Shown here one piece after another: positions 1-12,160 of a stretch of DNA of 46,462 nt. The notes beneath the pieces were generated by a model. It was not told the origin of the DNA and ran no database searches. It saw only the letters and a list, made by a program, of their open reading frames with translations. Origin of the DNA: Octopus bimaculoides (Eukaryota); assembly GCF_001194135.2 (NCBI RefSeq), contig NC_068990.1, forward strand, positions 26,554,557 through 26,601,018, read 5' to 3'. Numbering within the stretch: the stretch's first letter is position 1; the number at the start of each line of letters is the position of its first letter. A program made the translations under genes and the position numbers.

Positions 1-49
<49 letters not shown>

Positions 50-75
50 CATACATACATACATATAAATATATA
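1..75. repeat. (TACA)n/(CA)n/(TA)n compound microsatellite
   Basis: Direct reading. Confidence 0.95.
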
Positions 76-171
76 TCTTTGGTATTTGCTGTTATTTTCC
101 GAATTCAAATTCTTCCTTCTATCAACTGCTTCTTACTTTTAATGCTTATTTTTCTAATGCTATCATTTTAC

Positions 172-321
172 CTTTTTTGAGGAAGAGGGTGGGGGGTTGT
201 TCTGGTTTATTCTCCACTTCGCTGCTGCAGCTAACACCACCACCACTACCACCACCACCACCACTACTAACACCATTACCAATGTTGTTCTTTTGTTGAT
301 TGGTGGATTTTGAAGTTCTAC
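172..321 (-). CDS. Possible 150-nt symmetric coding exon (GRTSKSTNQQKNNIGNGVSSGGGGGSGGGVSCSSEVENKPEQPPTLFLKK), product unknown
   Basis: Minus strand has ttcacag|GT acceptor and AAG|gtaaaa donor with an open phase 1-1 frame. The Gly run coincides with an (ACC)n microsatellite, so this may be chance. Confidence 0.25.
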
Positions 322-496
322 CTGTGAACATACTTCTAAAAATCTTCATTGCCAACTGAAGTCTCCAAGAGAATTGGCAGAGTTGCTTTGCATGCGATTG
401 AGGAATTCCGTAGCATGTAGTGAGCATTGTATAAAGTATAACATGTAATCCTCCCATGACCATCCAAACCAAAAGTCAGCCACTTTATATATGTGT

Positions 497-770
497 ATTT
501 TATCTTTTATTTGTTTCAGTCATTAGACTGTGGCCATGCTGGGGCATTACTTTGAAGGATTTTAGTCAGACAAATCGACTCCAGGACTTAGTTTTTCTTT
601 AAAATTTGGTCCTTATTCTACAGGTTTCTTTTGCCGAACCATTGAGGCATGGAGGGATGTACATACACTAACATCAAGCGTTGATCAAACACACACTCAC
701 ACACACACGCACACGCACGCTCCCACACACGCACACTCACTCACACACACGCACATACATCTTTCTCTCT
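497..770 (-). mobile_element. SINE family A, 3' half with internal (CA)n
   Basis: tttcagtcattagactgtggccatgctgg block shared with full copies at 21815-22259 and 37631-38036. Confidence 0.8.
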
Positions 771-784
771 CTAGTCATTGCCTC

Positions 785-816
785 ACATAATTCCTCATCT
801 CTTAAATATAGAACTG
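785..816 (+). mobile_element. Family D extreme 3' tail fragment
   Basis: acataattcctcatctcttaaatatagaact is the reverse complement of 27137-27168 (one mismatch). Confidence 0.7.
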
Positions 817-927
817 TTTGGTACTTATTGATGCTGAAAGGATGAGAGGTAAAGCCAATGTAAAAACGGCTGAAATGCCACTAAACATTTTGTCCACCAT
901 GCTAACAATTCTGTTAGCCCACAACCT
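815..927 (-). mobile_element. SINE family C, degenerate
   Basis: ggtacttattgat...gaaaggatgagaggtaaag...gaaatgccactaaacatttt...gctaacaattctg matches the other C copies. Confidence 0.7.
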
Positions 928-1427
928 TAAAGATGGCATGCAACACATATAGTAGGGTCGCCATGCAAAAATGCCTTGGATTGTATGTATGCTTAATCAG
1001 GGCCAAGCCGGAGATAAGCAATGACAACAACAATAACATCAACAACAATGGTGGCAACAGCAACAGGAATGCTAAGAACAACAGCAGCATTCATGAAATA
1101 TAGATTCCTGCATGACAAATTGTAAAACGTTTACCAATCTTTCTATGGTGAATCGTTGTTTTCCATCAGGTTGGTCCTCACGTAATTGATCCACTTGCCT
1201 GATTAAATTTTATTTCAAGATAGATGGAGTCTGTCCAGAATCAAATATATATACATGCATCTAATTTGTGTAATTGCATTGAATGCATATGGTGCAAAAG
1301 GATTATTTTCACAAATGTATTCATAAGCTTTGTAACACCAATTGCAACTGACAGTAACGCAGGCAGGTCAAATAGATGGAGTGAGATCCATGATAAAAAT
1401 CTAATGAGCCATTATCAAAGGATGGCT

Positions 1428-1501
1428 ATGTATGTGTGTGTGTGTGTGTGTAAGTGTGAGCGTGCATATATGGTTACACATATATATATGTATACACATG
1501 T

Positions 1502-1536
<35 letters not shown>

Positions 1537-1798
1537 CATGTTTATGTACATTTATATATGTGTGTGTGTATATATATATATACATATACATATATATATA
1601 NNNNNNNNNNNNNNNNNNNNNNNNNNNNNNNNNNNNNNNNNNNNNNNNNNNNNNNNNNNNNNNNNNNNNNNNNNNNNNNNNNNNNNNNNNNNNNNNNNNN
1701 NNNNNATATATATTTCTCACACACAGACGCACACGCATATAGATCTGTGTGTGTAGATGTGTAGATGTGTGTGTGTGTGTGTGTGTGTGCTTGTCTGT

Positions 1799-1834
<36 letters not shown>

Positions 1835-1858
1835 ATATATATATATACACACACACAT
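1428..1858. repeat. (TG)n/(TA)n microsatellites around assembly gap 1601-1705
   Basis: Direct reading. Confidence 0.95.
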
Positions 1859-4800
1859 ATAGTCTTCCTGAGTGAGGAAGAAACCGTACTATTCCTTTTA
1901 GTGTGTTTGAGTGTGTGTTTGCATTCGTACGTGTGTAGTTTTGTACTTGCATAAACTTGTGACCACATGTATGTGTGACAATTGAATCTTTATTCTGCTA
2001 TCATGCTGCCAGTATTATTCATTAGTCACACCATTCACTGTAATAATGCAGATGCCACATAACACAATTGCACAGAAATATTTCCAAGAATTGGGTTGTT
2101 TTCTTCCTTGGTTTTCTACTTCAAATTTTACATCAAGCTTAAAATCATTAATCTCTTCCTCTCTCTATTCTTCTCAATACCTTCATCTCTCTCCCTCTAT
2201 TTTACACTCTCTTTGTTTCTGACTCACTGCCTCTTTTAATCATTTTGTACTCATCTATTGTTTTCCTATTACCAAGCCAAATTTATTTTCTTCAATATCT
2301 TTCTCTTAGAATTACTGTCATTGGAGGAGATTTGACTGTTAGATTTATGGGTGCAGCAGCCTTAGAAATTTTATGTTGTTACTGGTCCTGCTTTTCTCTG
2401 CCTTGTCTTAGGGATTGAAAACCTCTGAATGCTTGCTGCCACATGTGTAGCTGCTTGCTTTCCTGCCCTTGACTTCATCCCATGACTTCACTTTGTGCAC
2501 TCTGTTAGGGCACAGGCCTGGAATTTCTTGTTAATCTATGTAGACCCCAGGCTTCTCAGATTACTTTTAGTTACTTACTTCTTTCCTGTATTGTATCTTA
2601 AAGGTAAGGACAATCCGAGAGGCACCATCATAACCAATATCCTTTAAACATAACACTTGTGCAGCCCTATATATCATGGTCTGGACTTTTGGTCTAGTAT
2701 AAAATGTATGCCTTGATTTATTTTTTTTTTGTCTTGTCCTTCATTCTGAAAATCATACATATTCTCCTCCACAGATGTTGCTCATCATGCTGGCCAGGTC
2801 TTCTCAGAATTACACTTTCCTGGTATAATAGAGATATCCTTGTGTCTTTTGAGATACAGAGATGCTATTTCCTTTCCTCCTGCTGTTTGATAAGAGACAC
2901 AGGCATAGATGTATCTACCTCTGTCACACATCTCTGCCGAACAAACTTTCTTCATTAGATAATTCATAAAGAGCCCATCTGTTTGAAATAGTTTCAGTAG
3001 AACAAAGAAAGCTGGAAATATTTTCCTTTTTACTCAATAAATTCTTTGTTATGGCTGCAGTTGTTTTCTGAGTTTTCAAAATTATTTTATTTTCTGTTTG
3101 AAAATAATTATTTATTGTTGCAAAATAAATGTGTTCCATTGAGGAATTAGAATTGTTCCATGTATTTCTCTTTATTTCTATCTGCCATCTGTAAAAATTG
3201 CGTTAATTTTCTTTCAAAAGTTTATATGGGGGAGTATTTATAAACACAGCAGCCATTTTGTTTGTTTAAAAAAGTAAGATATTTTGTTAACAAATTAAAG
3301 GAATTTTGTTTTCATTTATTTATGCCAAACATTTGAGAATTAACAATGCAAACAACTGCACTCCTACATCTCCATTTAGAAATTCTACTTTAAAAAAGAT
3401 ATTTTTGCTCATAGTGTCTGCATTGTTAATAATCTATGACTGTTGTATGACATGATAACAGCAGCAACAACAATAATAAGTTTTAATTTTGGCACAAGGC
3501 CAGCAACTTTAGGGGGGAGAGGTGGTGAAGGCATACCTTCAAGGTACAAAGTAAATTGGGAAAAGGTGTTGAGAAAGAGACATTGTGGGTAGGTAAGTTC
3601 ACAAGGGTAAAAAAAATGGATTAAAGATGGGGACAGAGGTGGATACAGTGAATGGGGGACACAATGGAGGAGTGGTCAATGGTGAGAATCAGTTTGTGGA
3701 AGGAGAAAAAAGGGGCCAAAGATGGCATCATTTGGGTGTTAGGAAGCTTTGGCAGTGTTTCTCTCACACTGACAGTAGTAACATTAAATAAGAGCAAAGA
3801 AATTCATTAAATGCGTCAGGGATAAATGTTAAATAATTCTGTAGCAAGAAATAAAAGTGTAAATTAGAAAGATTATCCTCATCTTTTTAAGGAGAGAATT
3901 TTTCCAAGGAAACTTTCTTGCTTTCTCTTTCTCTTTATGGGATCTGATACCATTGTTATGACAGGATAATAAACAATCTTTTATAAGTAGAAGAATCTAA
4001 ACTGTACATTAAAGATAAACGGTTACATACAGTAGATGGATTTACTAGAGGAACTATTATGAAATTTAGATTAGAACAACTGCACCAGTACAATGATGAA
4101 CGAAGGGAAAACTAATTGAAAACACTAATATTCTGTTAGATAAATAAACAGGAATAATAGAATTGTTATCTAATAGAATTAGATAACTGTACAAGGAATT
4201 ACAATTATTTAAGAAACAATGAACTAGAAAAAGAGATAAGTGCAACACAAAAGTGAAAAGAAATTTAGAAAGTTACATTACAGATGTTTTGGATTACATT
4301 ACAGATGTGTTGGATGCAAAAGATATGAAAATGGAAACAATAGTCTCGGTGTCCTTGTAATAAGTTATAATTTTCTCAACTAATCTGAACAAATTACCAA
4401 GATTAGATAAATAAATACATGACTCCATGTATTATGTATCATATTTAATTCAACATATAAAGATTATATTTACCATGGATAGAGTGAGGTAGGGGCCTTA
4501 CATGACTTGAAAATTGTTATAAAAGATTCACTGTGTAACTATAAACATATCTAGTGTAGGACAATGTAAAATGAATTCAAATATGTACAAAACATGATCC
4601 AGACAAATGAACGTTGTTTTCTGCCATTAACAAATTCATTAAATGCAATACAGAATGTCTGTATGCGTGTGTGGGGGTGAAGATGACATTTTGTTGTGAG
4701 CAAAGAGAAAACAGAACAACAGAATTTGTGAATAAGTTAAAATCTAAGTTAGAAATGGAACTACAGAATGTCACTCAAGAATGATTATAAGAAAAGTTCT

Positions 4801-4895
4801 ACTTTGATAATTCTTGAAGATTTTGAATTGGGTAAAAGTAGACAAATAATAATGAGGACGATGTTATTAATGATATTAAGAAGTAGAATAATAAT

Positions 4896-4957
4896 TATGG
4901 TCCAACCCAGACCAGCATGGGAAACGGACATTAAATGATAATGATGATGATGATGTT
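4896..4957 (+). mobile_element. SINE family B 3' tail with (GAT)n
   Basis: gtccaacccagaccagcatgggaaacggacattaaatgataatgatgatgatg matches the B tail. Confidence 0.75.
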
Positions 4958-5159
4958 CCAAATTTTGGTACAGAGCTACAAATTTTAGGGGTCAGTTGGT
5001 TACTTTGAGCCCAGTACTCAGCCGGTACTTGTTTTATTGACCCCAGGAGATGAAAAGCAAAACCACCTTCAGCAGAATTTGAATTTAGAATATAAAGTCA
5101 GAAGAAATTCCACTAAACATTTTTCCATTCTGCAGACAATTCTGCCATCTTGCTGCCTT
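4957..5159 (-). mobile_element. SINE family C (tRNA-derived)
   Basis: Reverse strand has a ggcagaattg head, a B-box-like ctaaattcaaattctgc and the tcatc...ggggtcaataaa domain. Confidence 0.8.
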
Positions 5160-5164
5160 GATAA

Positions 5165-5350
5165 CAATCCTTTATATCATAGGCCCAAGGTTTGAAAATT
5201 TGAGGGGAGGGTGGGGGACAAGTGATTGACTCCAAAAGAATGAAAGGTAAAGATGACTTCAGCAGAATTTGAACTCAGACCATAGAGATTGATGAGATGC
5301 TGCTAAGCACTTTGTCCAGTGAGTTAATGATTCTGCCAGTTTGTTGTCTT
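5165..5350 (-). mobile_element. SINE family C, second tandem copy
   Basis: aaaggtaaagatgacttcagcagaatttgaactcaga...gctaagcacttt...ttaatgattctgccag. Confidence 0.8.
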
Positions 5351-5546
5351 AGTAACGATAAGCTTAATTCATGGGAAGAAACCAAAATGGATGAAGGAGG
5401 CAGATGCGGACCAAGTGATAGTCACATCAATGACTTCTGGGTAGAGAGATGCAAAATGGTCCGATAATCAGTGCATAGAAATCAGAATGTCACAATCAGA
5501 TCTTATCATCATCATCATGTCCCCAAGGATGGAAACGAGTCTATAA

Positions 5547-5896
5547 TACAGGATCAGTGGAAGATATAAAGAAACCATCAACTATATTGTCACTGGACAC
5601 CTGGAACTACCAAAGACCGAATTTATCCACAGGCATAACAAGGCAGCAGCATATTTTCATTGGAAAACATCCAAGAGTTATAAAATAAAGACAACCAAGA
5701 AACGATGTGGACATTGTCATTGACATCAAGGATGTCACCATCCTCTGGGATATGACCAACCACGCTGACAAAGCAACAAAAAACACAAGCCTGGTATTGT
5801 TGTGTAGTACAGGAGGTGTATACTTATTGATACTGCTATACCTTCTGTAAAAACCATCTTCAAGTCACAGAGAAGCCATACAAGTACAAAGATTGG
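5547..5896 (+). pseudogene. R4/Dong-clade non-LTR retrotransposon, zinc-knuckle and restriction-like endonuclease fragment (frameshifted)
   Basis: YRISGRYKETINYIVTGH...EFIHRHNKAAAYFHWK, then DVTILWDM, CILIDTAIPS and TEKPYKYKD. These match R4/Dong motifs CxxC...ETxxHI...RH, TILWD, LID and KYKDL. Confidence 0.85.
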
Positions 5897-5969
5897 TTCT
5901 GTGTAATAATACCAAGAGAAAAAAACACAATATAAATCACACATGTTCAAAAATCTCAGAATTACACAT

Positions 5970-6170
5970 TGACTATATTCTGGGATAAGCTGTTTCACAC
6001 TGACAAATGGATCAGTAATAATTGCCCAGACATTGTTATCAAGAATCAATTCCTGCAAATGATAGAGTTCTCTCTAAATTGAAGAAACTACCTAAAGACA
6101 AAATCTGGAAATCTATTTAACCAAAATATGGAAATTGGAAAATGATGCCTTCACAATAATAGGTACACTG
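5970..6170 (+). pseudogene. Second R4/Dong endonuclease-domain fragment
   Basis: TIFWDKLFHTDKWISNNCPDIVIKN then LEIYLTKIWKL...IIGTL (family motifs TILWD..HTD....NRPDIV and LEIEI.RMW...IIGALG). Confidence 0.8.
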
Positions 6171-6195
6171 TTAATGTTTAGAGAACAATTCTTTT

Positions 6196-6348
6196 ATTTG
6201 TTTTAGTTATTTGACTGTGGCCATGCTGGAGCACCACCTTTAGTCAAACAAATCAACCCCAGTACTTATTCTTTGTAAACCTAATACTTATTCTATTGAC
6301 CTCTTTTGCTGAACCACTAAGTTACAAGGACATAAACTCACTGATGTT
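6196..6348 (-). mobile_element. SINE family A 3' part
   Basis: gactgtggccatgctggagcaccacctttagtcaaacaaatcaacccc. Confidence 0.85.
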
Positions 6349-6349
6349 G

Positions 6350-6760
6350 GTTGTTTGGTTGAAAAGCTTGCTTCCAACCATGTGGTCTTGGGTTCAGTTC
6401 TGCTGCACAGCACCTTGGACAAGTGTCTTCTACTATAGCCCCAAATGGACACAAAACCTTGTGAGTGAATTTCATAGATGGCAACTGAAAGAAGCCCTTG
6501 ATATATGTGTGTATATACGTTTGTGTGTCCCCATGTCTAAATATGATATGATAGTTGTAAATGAGTATCACCATTATACAAGTGAGGTTATTCTTTTCCA
6601 GTCATTTCATGAAAAATATGTCTGGCCATGGGTAAATATTATCTTGTTTAGAAACAGGTGAGAGCTGGCAGGATGACAGACATCCAACTGTTGAGAATCC
6701 ACCTCAATAATTTCTGTCCAACCTAAGTAAATATGATAAAATAGACATTAAAATGATCAC
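6350..6760 (+). mobile_element. Mosaic SINE: family A tRNA-like head joined to a B-like (RTE-type) tail
   Basis: Head cttgcttccaaccatgtgg...gggttcagtt...caccttggacaagtgtctt. Tail gacatccaactgttgag...tgtccaacc...gacattaaaatgat resembles B ggcatccagctgtag...gtccaaccc...gacgttaaacgatg. Confidence 0.65.
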
Positions 6761-6955
6761 ATGATTTTTTCCAAGGTAAACGATGACTTCAAAGTTACAT
6801 CTTGCTGTCATTAGGCTCCCTAATGGCATAACACAAGCTGTAACTCCAAAGTCACCAGCGACCTTTCACTCGTGAAAATTAATAAAGTATTGAATAACCT
6901 TTCTGTTTAATGTAAAATTGTTTTTATATGTAACTTGACATAAATGTAAGTGTTA

Positions 6956-6956
<1 letters not shown>

Positions 6957-7013
<57 letters not shown>

Positions 7014-7835
7014 ATACACACATATGTATGAATATATATATATATATATNNNNNNNNNNNNNNNNNNNNNNNNNNNNNNNNNNNNNNNNNNNNNNNNNNN
7101 NNNNNNNNNNNNNNNNNNNNNNNNNNNNNNNNNNNNNNNNNNNNNNNNNNNNNNNNNNNNNNNNNNNNNNNNNNNNNNNNNNNNNNNNNNNNNNNNNNNN
7201 NNNNNNNNNNNNNNNNNNNNNNNNNNNNNNNNNNNNNNNNNNNNNNNNNNNNNNNNNNNNNNNNNNNNNNNNNNNNNNNNNNNNNNNNNNNNNNNNNNNN
7301 NNNNNNNNNNNNNNNNNNNNNNNNNNNNNNNNNNNNNNNNNNNNNNNNNNNNNNNNNNNNNNNNNNNNNNNNNNNNNNNNNNNNNNNNNNNNNNNNNNNN
7401 NNNNNNNNNNNNNNNNNNNNNNNNNNNNNNNNNNNNNNNNNNNNNNNNNNNNNNNNNNNNNNNNNNNNNNNNNNNNNNNNNNNNNNNNNNNNNNNNNNNN
7501 NNNNNNNNNNNNNNNNNNNNNNNNNNNNNNNNNNNNNNNNNNNNNNNNNNNNNNNNNNNNNNNNNNNNNNNNNNNNNNNNNNNNNNNNNNNNNNNNNNNN
7601 NNNNNNNNNNNNNNNNNNNNNNNNNNNNNNNNNNNNNNNNNNNNNNNNNNNNNNATATACATATATATACATACATATACATGCATATATATATCTATAT
7701 ATATTTACATAAATATCTGTATGTGTATGTGTGTGTGTGTATTTATATATACATATACATGCATATATATATATCTATATATATGTAGATAGATATATGT
7801 GTATGTATGTGTGTGTGTGTGTGCATGTGTATATA

Positions 7836-7866
<31 letters not shown>
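6957..7866. repeat. (TG)n/(TA)n microsatellites around gap 7050-7654
   Basis: Direct reading. Confidence 0.95.
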
Positions 7867-7868
<2 letters not shown>

Positions 7869-8519
7869 TGCTAGATAGATATAATTTCCAAATATCAAGA
7901 ATTACATTAATACATTCTCCAGTAATGGCTTTTCAATATAAAATTGGAATACAATTTATAACTGATTAAGGAAAAAGATAAATGAAAGCCAAATAACAAA
8001 ACAAAAAGATGATACAACAAAAAAAACAAAATGCAAAGTAAAAAAAAAAAAGGAAACCAACAAACCAGAAACAGATAAAAATATAAACGAACAAAGAGAA
8101 GGAACGCAGAATATCGAAGTATTAGTTTGATCTGTTAACAAAAATTTATAATGTTCTAAGGAAGAATATTTTATTTTATTGTATTTTATTTTGTCAGAAA
8201 TTATAGAAATATAAGGATAAGTGTAAGAAAAAAGAAATAATGGAATTTTAATATATTAATACTGCAAAGATAAGTTTGACGAGGGCAGAGAAGTAAAAAA
8301 ATATAGGTGAAGAGAATATTGGTGACATTAATCTTTGAGTAACTCCTAAGATATGATTTGATCATTCTTACATACACACATATGTTTCTGTATCCATATA
8401 CTTACATGTATCTATATCATATATATTTATATATATATATATACACACATGCACACTCTGTATTTTATATATATATATATATGTGTGTGTATGTATATAT
8501 ATATATATATATATATAAT

Positions 8520-8856
8520 AATATTATTAGGGACAAAATCCAAAATTACAGGTAAAAAACTCAATTAAAATCAATTTATAAAAAATTAAATTGAGCCTTA
8601 TAGATAAAGTATATATAAAATATATATAGTTTTAGGGAAAATAACCAATTTTCAAGAACTCATCGATGAAAATCCACTATCNNNNNNNNNNTTAAATACA
8701 AGTTGAACGAAGTTTAAGTTTAAAATAATATTTATCTTATGATATTTATATTATACTCATTTATTGTGCTTTTAATTATTAATTTTTCTATATGTGATAG
8801 TGGATTTTCATCGATGAGTTCTTGAAAATTGGTTATTTTCCCTAAAACTATATATA
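8520..8856. repeat. Inverted pair of an unidentified AT-rich repeat; about 61-bp perfect arms at 8621-8681 and 8796-8856 across a 10-N gap
   Basis: tagttttagggaaaataaccaattttcaagaactcatcgatgaaaatccactatc and its exact reverse complement. Confidence 0.8.
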
Positions 8857-10009
8857 TATATATATATATATAGGGAATAGGTTCTATGAAGAAATGTTTT
8901 TCACATGTTGAAATGTAATGAAAAATTTTAAAAAAAATGGAAAATGCACAGATATTTTACGTTGGACAAAAGAATATATATATCTTTATGAAATGAAACA
9001 TTTACATAGTCGACCAGTTTCGCTTGTGATAATCATGCCTATGAAGATGGTGATAATGTTACAATTTCATGCTATCTGCAGAAGTTTTCATTCCATGTTA
9101 GTCGTAGATGCATACTGTAATATACAAAATGGAAGCAACACTCCTGTTTTGTAAGGAACATGCTTTGCAGTTTACCTTGTGCCTTCCACAATGATAGCTG
9201 AGATGTTGTTGGTGTGGATTTCTAAAATCAGCAAGATGGTCAATAGGAATTGTAGTAGGGTGCCATTAATTGGCAGGTGAACAGAAGTGATGATCACCAT
9301 TCGGTATTGCATGAATAATTACATGTCAAATGAATAATTACGTTACGATCTTTATTCCCTGTACTCTTTTAAAATGAAAATAAGTATAAAAATTGCTTTT
9401 AAGAAAAACAAAAATTTTTGTGATTTTTTTTACCCATTTGGCACAAACATTCATACAACCCTTTGTTGTCATTTACGAGTTAGGAGTACACATGACTGTG
9501 GAATACTCAGCCAATTACATGTTTATTCAATAAAACAGGTATTTCAGTTTATTGAGCAAGTGAATCCTCACCAGCAAATGACTGAGATCCTTCTCTCCAT
9601 TTCATTCCGCATGGTTTGTAGATACGACCAATTGATATCCTTAAGCTGTTAAGAATTCTTCTTGGCAAACAGTTTACCATTCCCATTCTCCTTTCTTCGC
9701 AGCAGATCTTTACATTCAACATTTTATATTCCAAACTCCAAACCATTGTTTACAATTTTTTCTTTTTCTTAAGAATTTCAGTTGGAATTTTTCTCCGATT
9801 CTTTAAGAATATGTTCCAGGTTTTTTTTTCTTTTTTTTCATCATATTTTCGTATTTTTCATATTTTCACTTAGCCATAAAAAAAAAAAACTGAAAAGAAA
9901 AACAAACAAAAGCCAGCCAAAAAATATTCTTCCGTGTTTATTCTGTTCTTTAGCTTTTTTGCTCTCTATTCCTGAACTTTTCAATTGGTAAATTTCCTGA
10001 AGTTTCCAA

Positions 10010-10346
10010 ATCTTCCTCTTCTTCTTCTTCTTCTTCTTCTTCTTCTTCTTCTTCTTCTTCTTCTTCTTCTTCNNNNNNNNNNNNNNNNNNNNNNNNNNNN
10101 NNNNNNNNNNNNNNNNNNNNNNNNNNNNNNNNNNNNNNNNNNNNNNNNNNNNNNNNNNNNNNNNNNNNNNNNNNNNNNNNNNNNNNNNNNNNNNNNNNNN
10201 NNNNNNNNNNNNNNNNNNNNNNNNNNNNNNNNNNNNNNNNNNNNNNNNNNNNNNNNNNNNNNNNNNNNNNNNNNNNNNNNNNNNNNNNTTCTTCTTCTTT
10301 TCCTTCTTCTTCTTCTTCTTCTTCTTCTTCTTCTTCTTCTTCGTCT

Positions 10347-10410
<64 letters not shown>

Positions 10411-10425
10411 TTTTTTCGTTCTTCT
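10010..10425. repeat. (TTC)n and (TTTC)n microsatellites around gap 10073-10288
   Basis: Direct reading. Confidence 0.95.
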
Positions 10426-10644
10426 TCTTGCCTCTATCTCGCCACATTCTAAAATGCTATCATTAATTTTCCTGTCGTTCTGTCTAGACTGATTCGCTTA
10501 TCTGATTTTTTTTGGTAAGGGAGGGGGGTATATTATATTAAAGCTGTTGTTTATTTTCTTGATAGAGCCAAATATGATACAAGACTAATCTGTTTGTGTG
10601 TGCCACAGCATTCCATTCGCAGCATTAATATAATCCTCATTACT

Positions 10645-10657
10645 GCAGTCATCATTG

Positions 10658-10700
<43 letters not shown>

Positions 10701-11572
10701 TGTCATCATTGTCCTCATCGTCATTGTCATCATCATTGTCATCGTCATCATCATCAACATCGTCACCATCATTGTCATCATCATCATCATCATCATCATC
10801 ACCCATCGTCATTGTCGTCGTTGTCATCGTCATCATCATCACCCATCGTCATTGTCGTCGTTGTCATCGTCATCATCATTTTTGTCATCATGATCATTTT
10901 CATCATGATCATTGTCATCATCATCATCATCATCATCATCCTCATCATCAGTCATCGTCGTTATCATCGTCATCATCATCAACACTACCACTGTCATTTT
11001 TGTCATCATGATCATTGTCATCATCATCATCATCATCATCATCCTCATCATCAGTCATCNNNNNNNNNNCTGTCATTTTCATTGTCATTCTGTTGTTGTC
11101 ATCATGATCATGTTCATGATCAGCATTGTTGTCATCAGTTTTTATCCTCTTCATTATAATGACCCTTCTTTCATTGTTGTCATCATTATCCTCCTACTCC
11201 TCCTCTTCCACATCCTTCTCATTATCATCACCATTGGCACTACTTCAACTGTCATCATCATCATTGTCATTGTCATAATCCCCCTGCCCCTCCCCATCCT
11301 TCCTCCTCCATATCATCATCGTCATTGTCATCATCATCATCGTCTTCATAATCATCATCATCCTCATCGTCATCGCCATCATCATCATCATCATCATCAT
11401 TGTCTTCATAATCATCATCATCATCATCATCATCGTCATCATCATCGTCATTATCATCATCGTCATCATCATCGTCATCAACATCATCATCATCGTTGTC
11501 ATCGTCATCATCGTCATCATCGTCATCATCGTCATCATCATCGTCATCATCATTGTCGTCATCATCATCAAT
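10645..11572. repeat. About 0.9-kb degenerate (ATC)n low-complexity tract with a 40-bp internal tandem duplication at 10801-10880
   Basis: Direct reading; acccatcgtcattgtcgtcgttgtcatcgtcatcatcatc occurs twice. Confidence 0.95.
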
Positions 11573-11715
11573 GTTGGTGAGCAACCAAAACCCTTTCTAT
11601 TTCCATCGTACCATCTTAAGAATAATAATAGAAGAATCCACAATATACTGTACTATTCCTTAAAGGAACCAAAGACGGTTGGTCATGGATGGAGTGCCTT
11701 TAATAAGGCACTCCA

Positions 11716-12160
11716 AACTTTCAGCCATCCATTCCTTGTTGCTAGAGCCATGTGTGATAGTGCAGAGTGTTACTGAAACACAAATCGCCTTCTATTGCAT
11801 ACATTGTCTATCCAGAGCTTAACAATTATTTGCAGGACCTCAGTGTAGGTGGCAGGGTTAACTCTAAGGCCTTGTGGAAAGAAGTAAGGATGCATCACAT
11901 GTCCTTCATTGCTAACATTTGGAGCTTCAGAAGGGTCTGCACATAACCATCTGTCATTTCTTCTGTTAGCTTTTTGATCTTGGTCAAAGTTTTTCTCATT
12001 TGAGAAAACCCAAGTCAAATCTTCTTCTGCTGGATTTTTCAGTTTGTTTAAGAGTCATTTAAATCTGATGTAGTGATTTTCTTTTGCTTTTTCTGACAAA
12101 TTGACCATTCCTCATCATTTAAGACTTATATCTGCCCTGGTTAGTTCTTTGGTAAACTCA
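11716..12160 (-). pseudogene. maT (DD37D-type) Tc1/mariner transposase fragment
   Basis: WVFSNEKNFDQDQKANRRNDRWLC...PYFFPQGLRVN..TYTEVL...WIDNVCNRRRFVFQ* is the FSDEK to FQQD interval with both catalytic Asp codons destroyed. Confidence 0.8.

Noticed and set aside
1170-1202. Possible terminal exon VGPHVIDPLA*
   Set aside because: There is only an acceptor and ten codons, with no partner exon or recognisable family.
3240-3265. TATA-like plus YY1-like (gccatttt) promoter motif
   Set aside because: Such short motifs are expected by chance in AT-rich DNA, and no linked exon was found.
4273-4313. 21-bp tandem duplication ttacattacagatgt(t/g)ttgga
   Set aside because: This is an ordinary slippage duplication with no further structure.
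6907-7792. Long ORFs containing X runs (also at 15.2-17.5, 29.1, 31.4, 36.2, 38.1 and 41.0 kb)
   Set aside because: They are artefacts of N gaps and dinucleotide repeats.
8800-8845. tcGATGAgttcttGAAA as a hammerhead variant
   Set aside because: There is no CUGA, no stem II and no adjacent stem I pairing.
9520-9790. Protein-like minus-strand frame (ECKDLLRRKENGNGKLF...MRNEMERRI)
   Set aside because: It has multiple stops and no motif I can assign.
10551-11643. Long poly-Asp/Met/His/Ser/Ile ORFs
   Set aside because: They are translations of an (ATC)n tract that is open in several frames on both strands.
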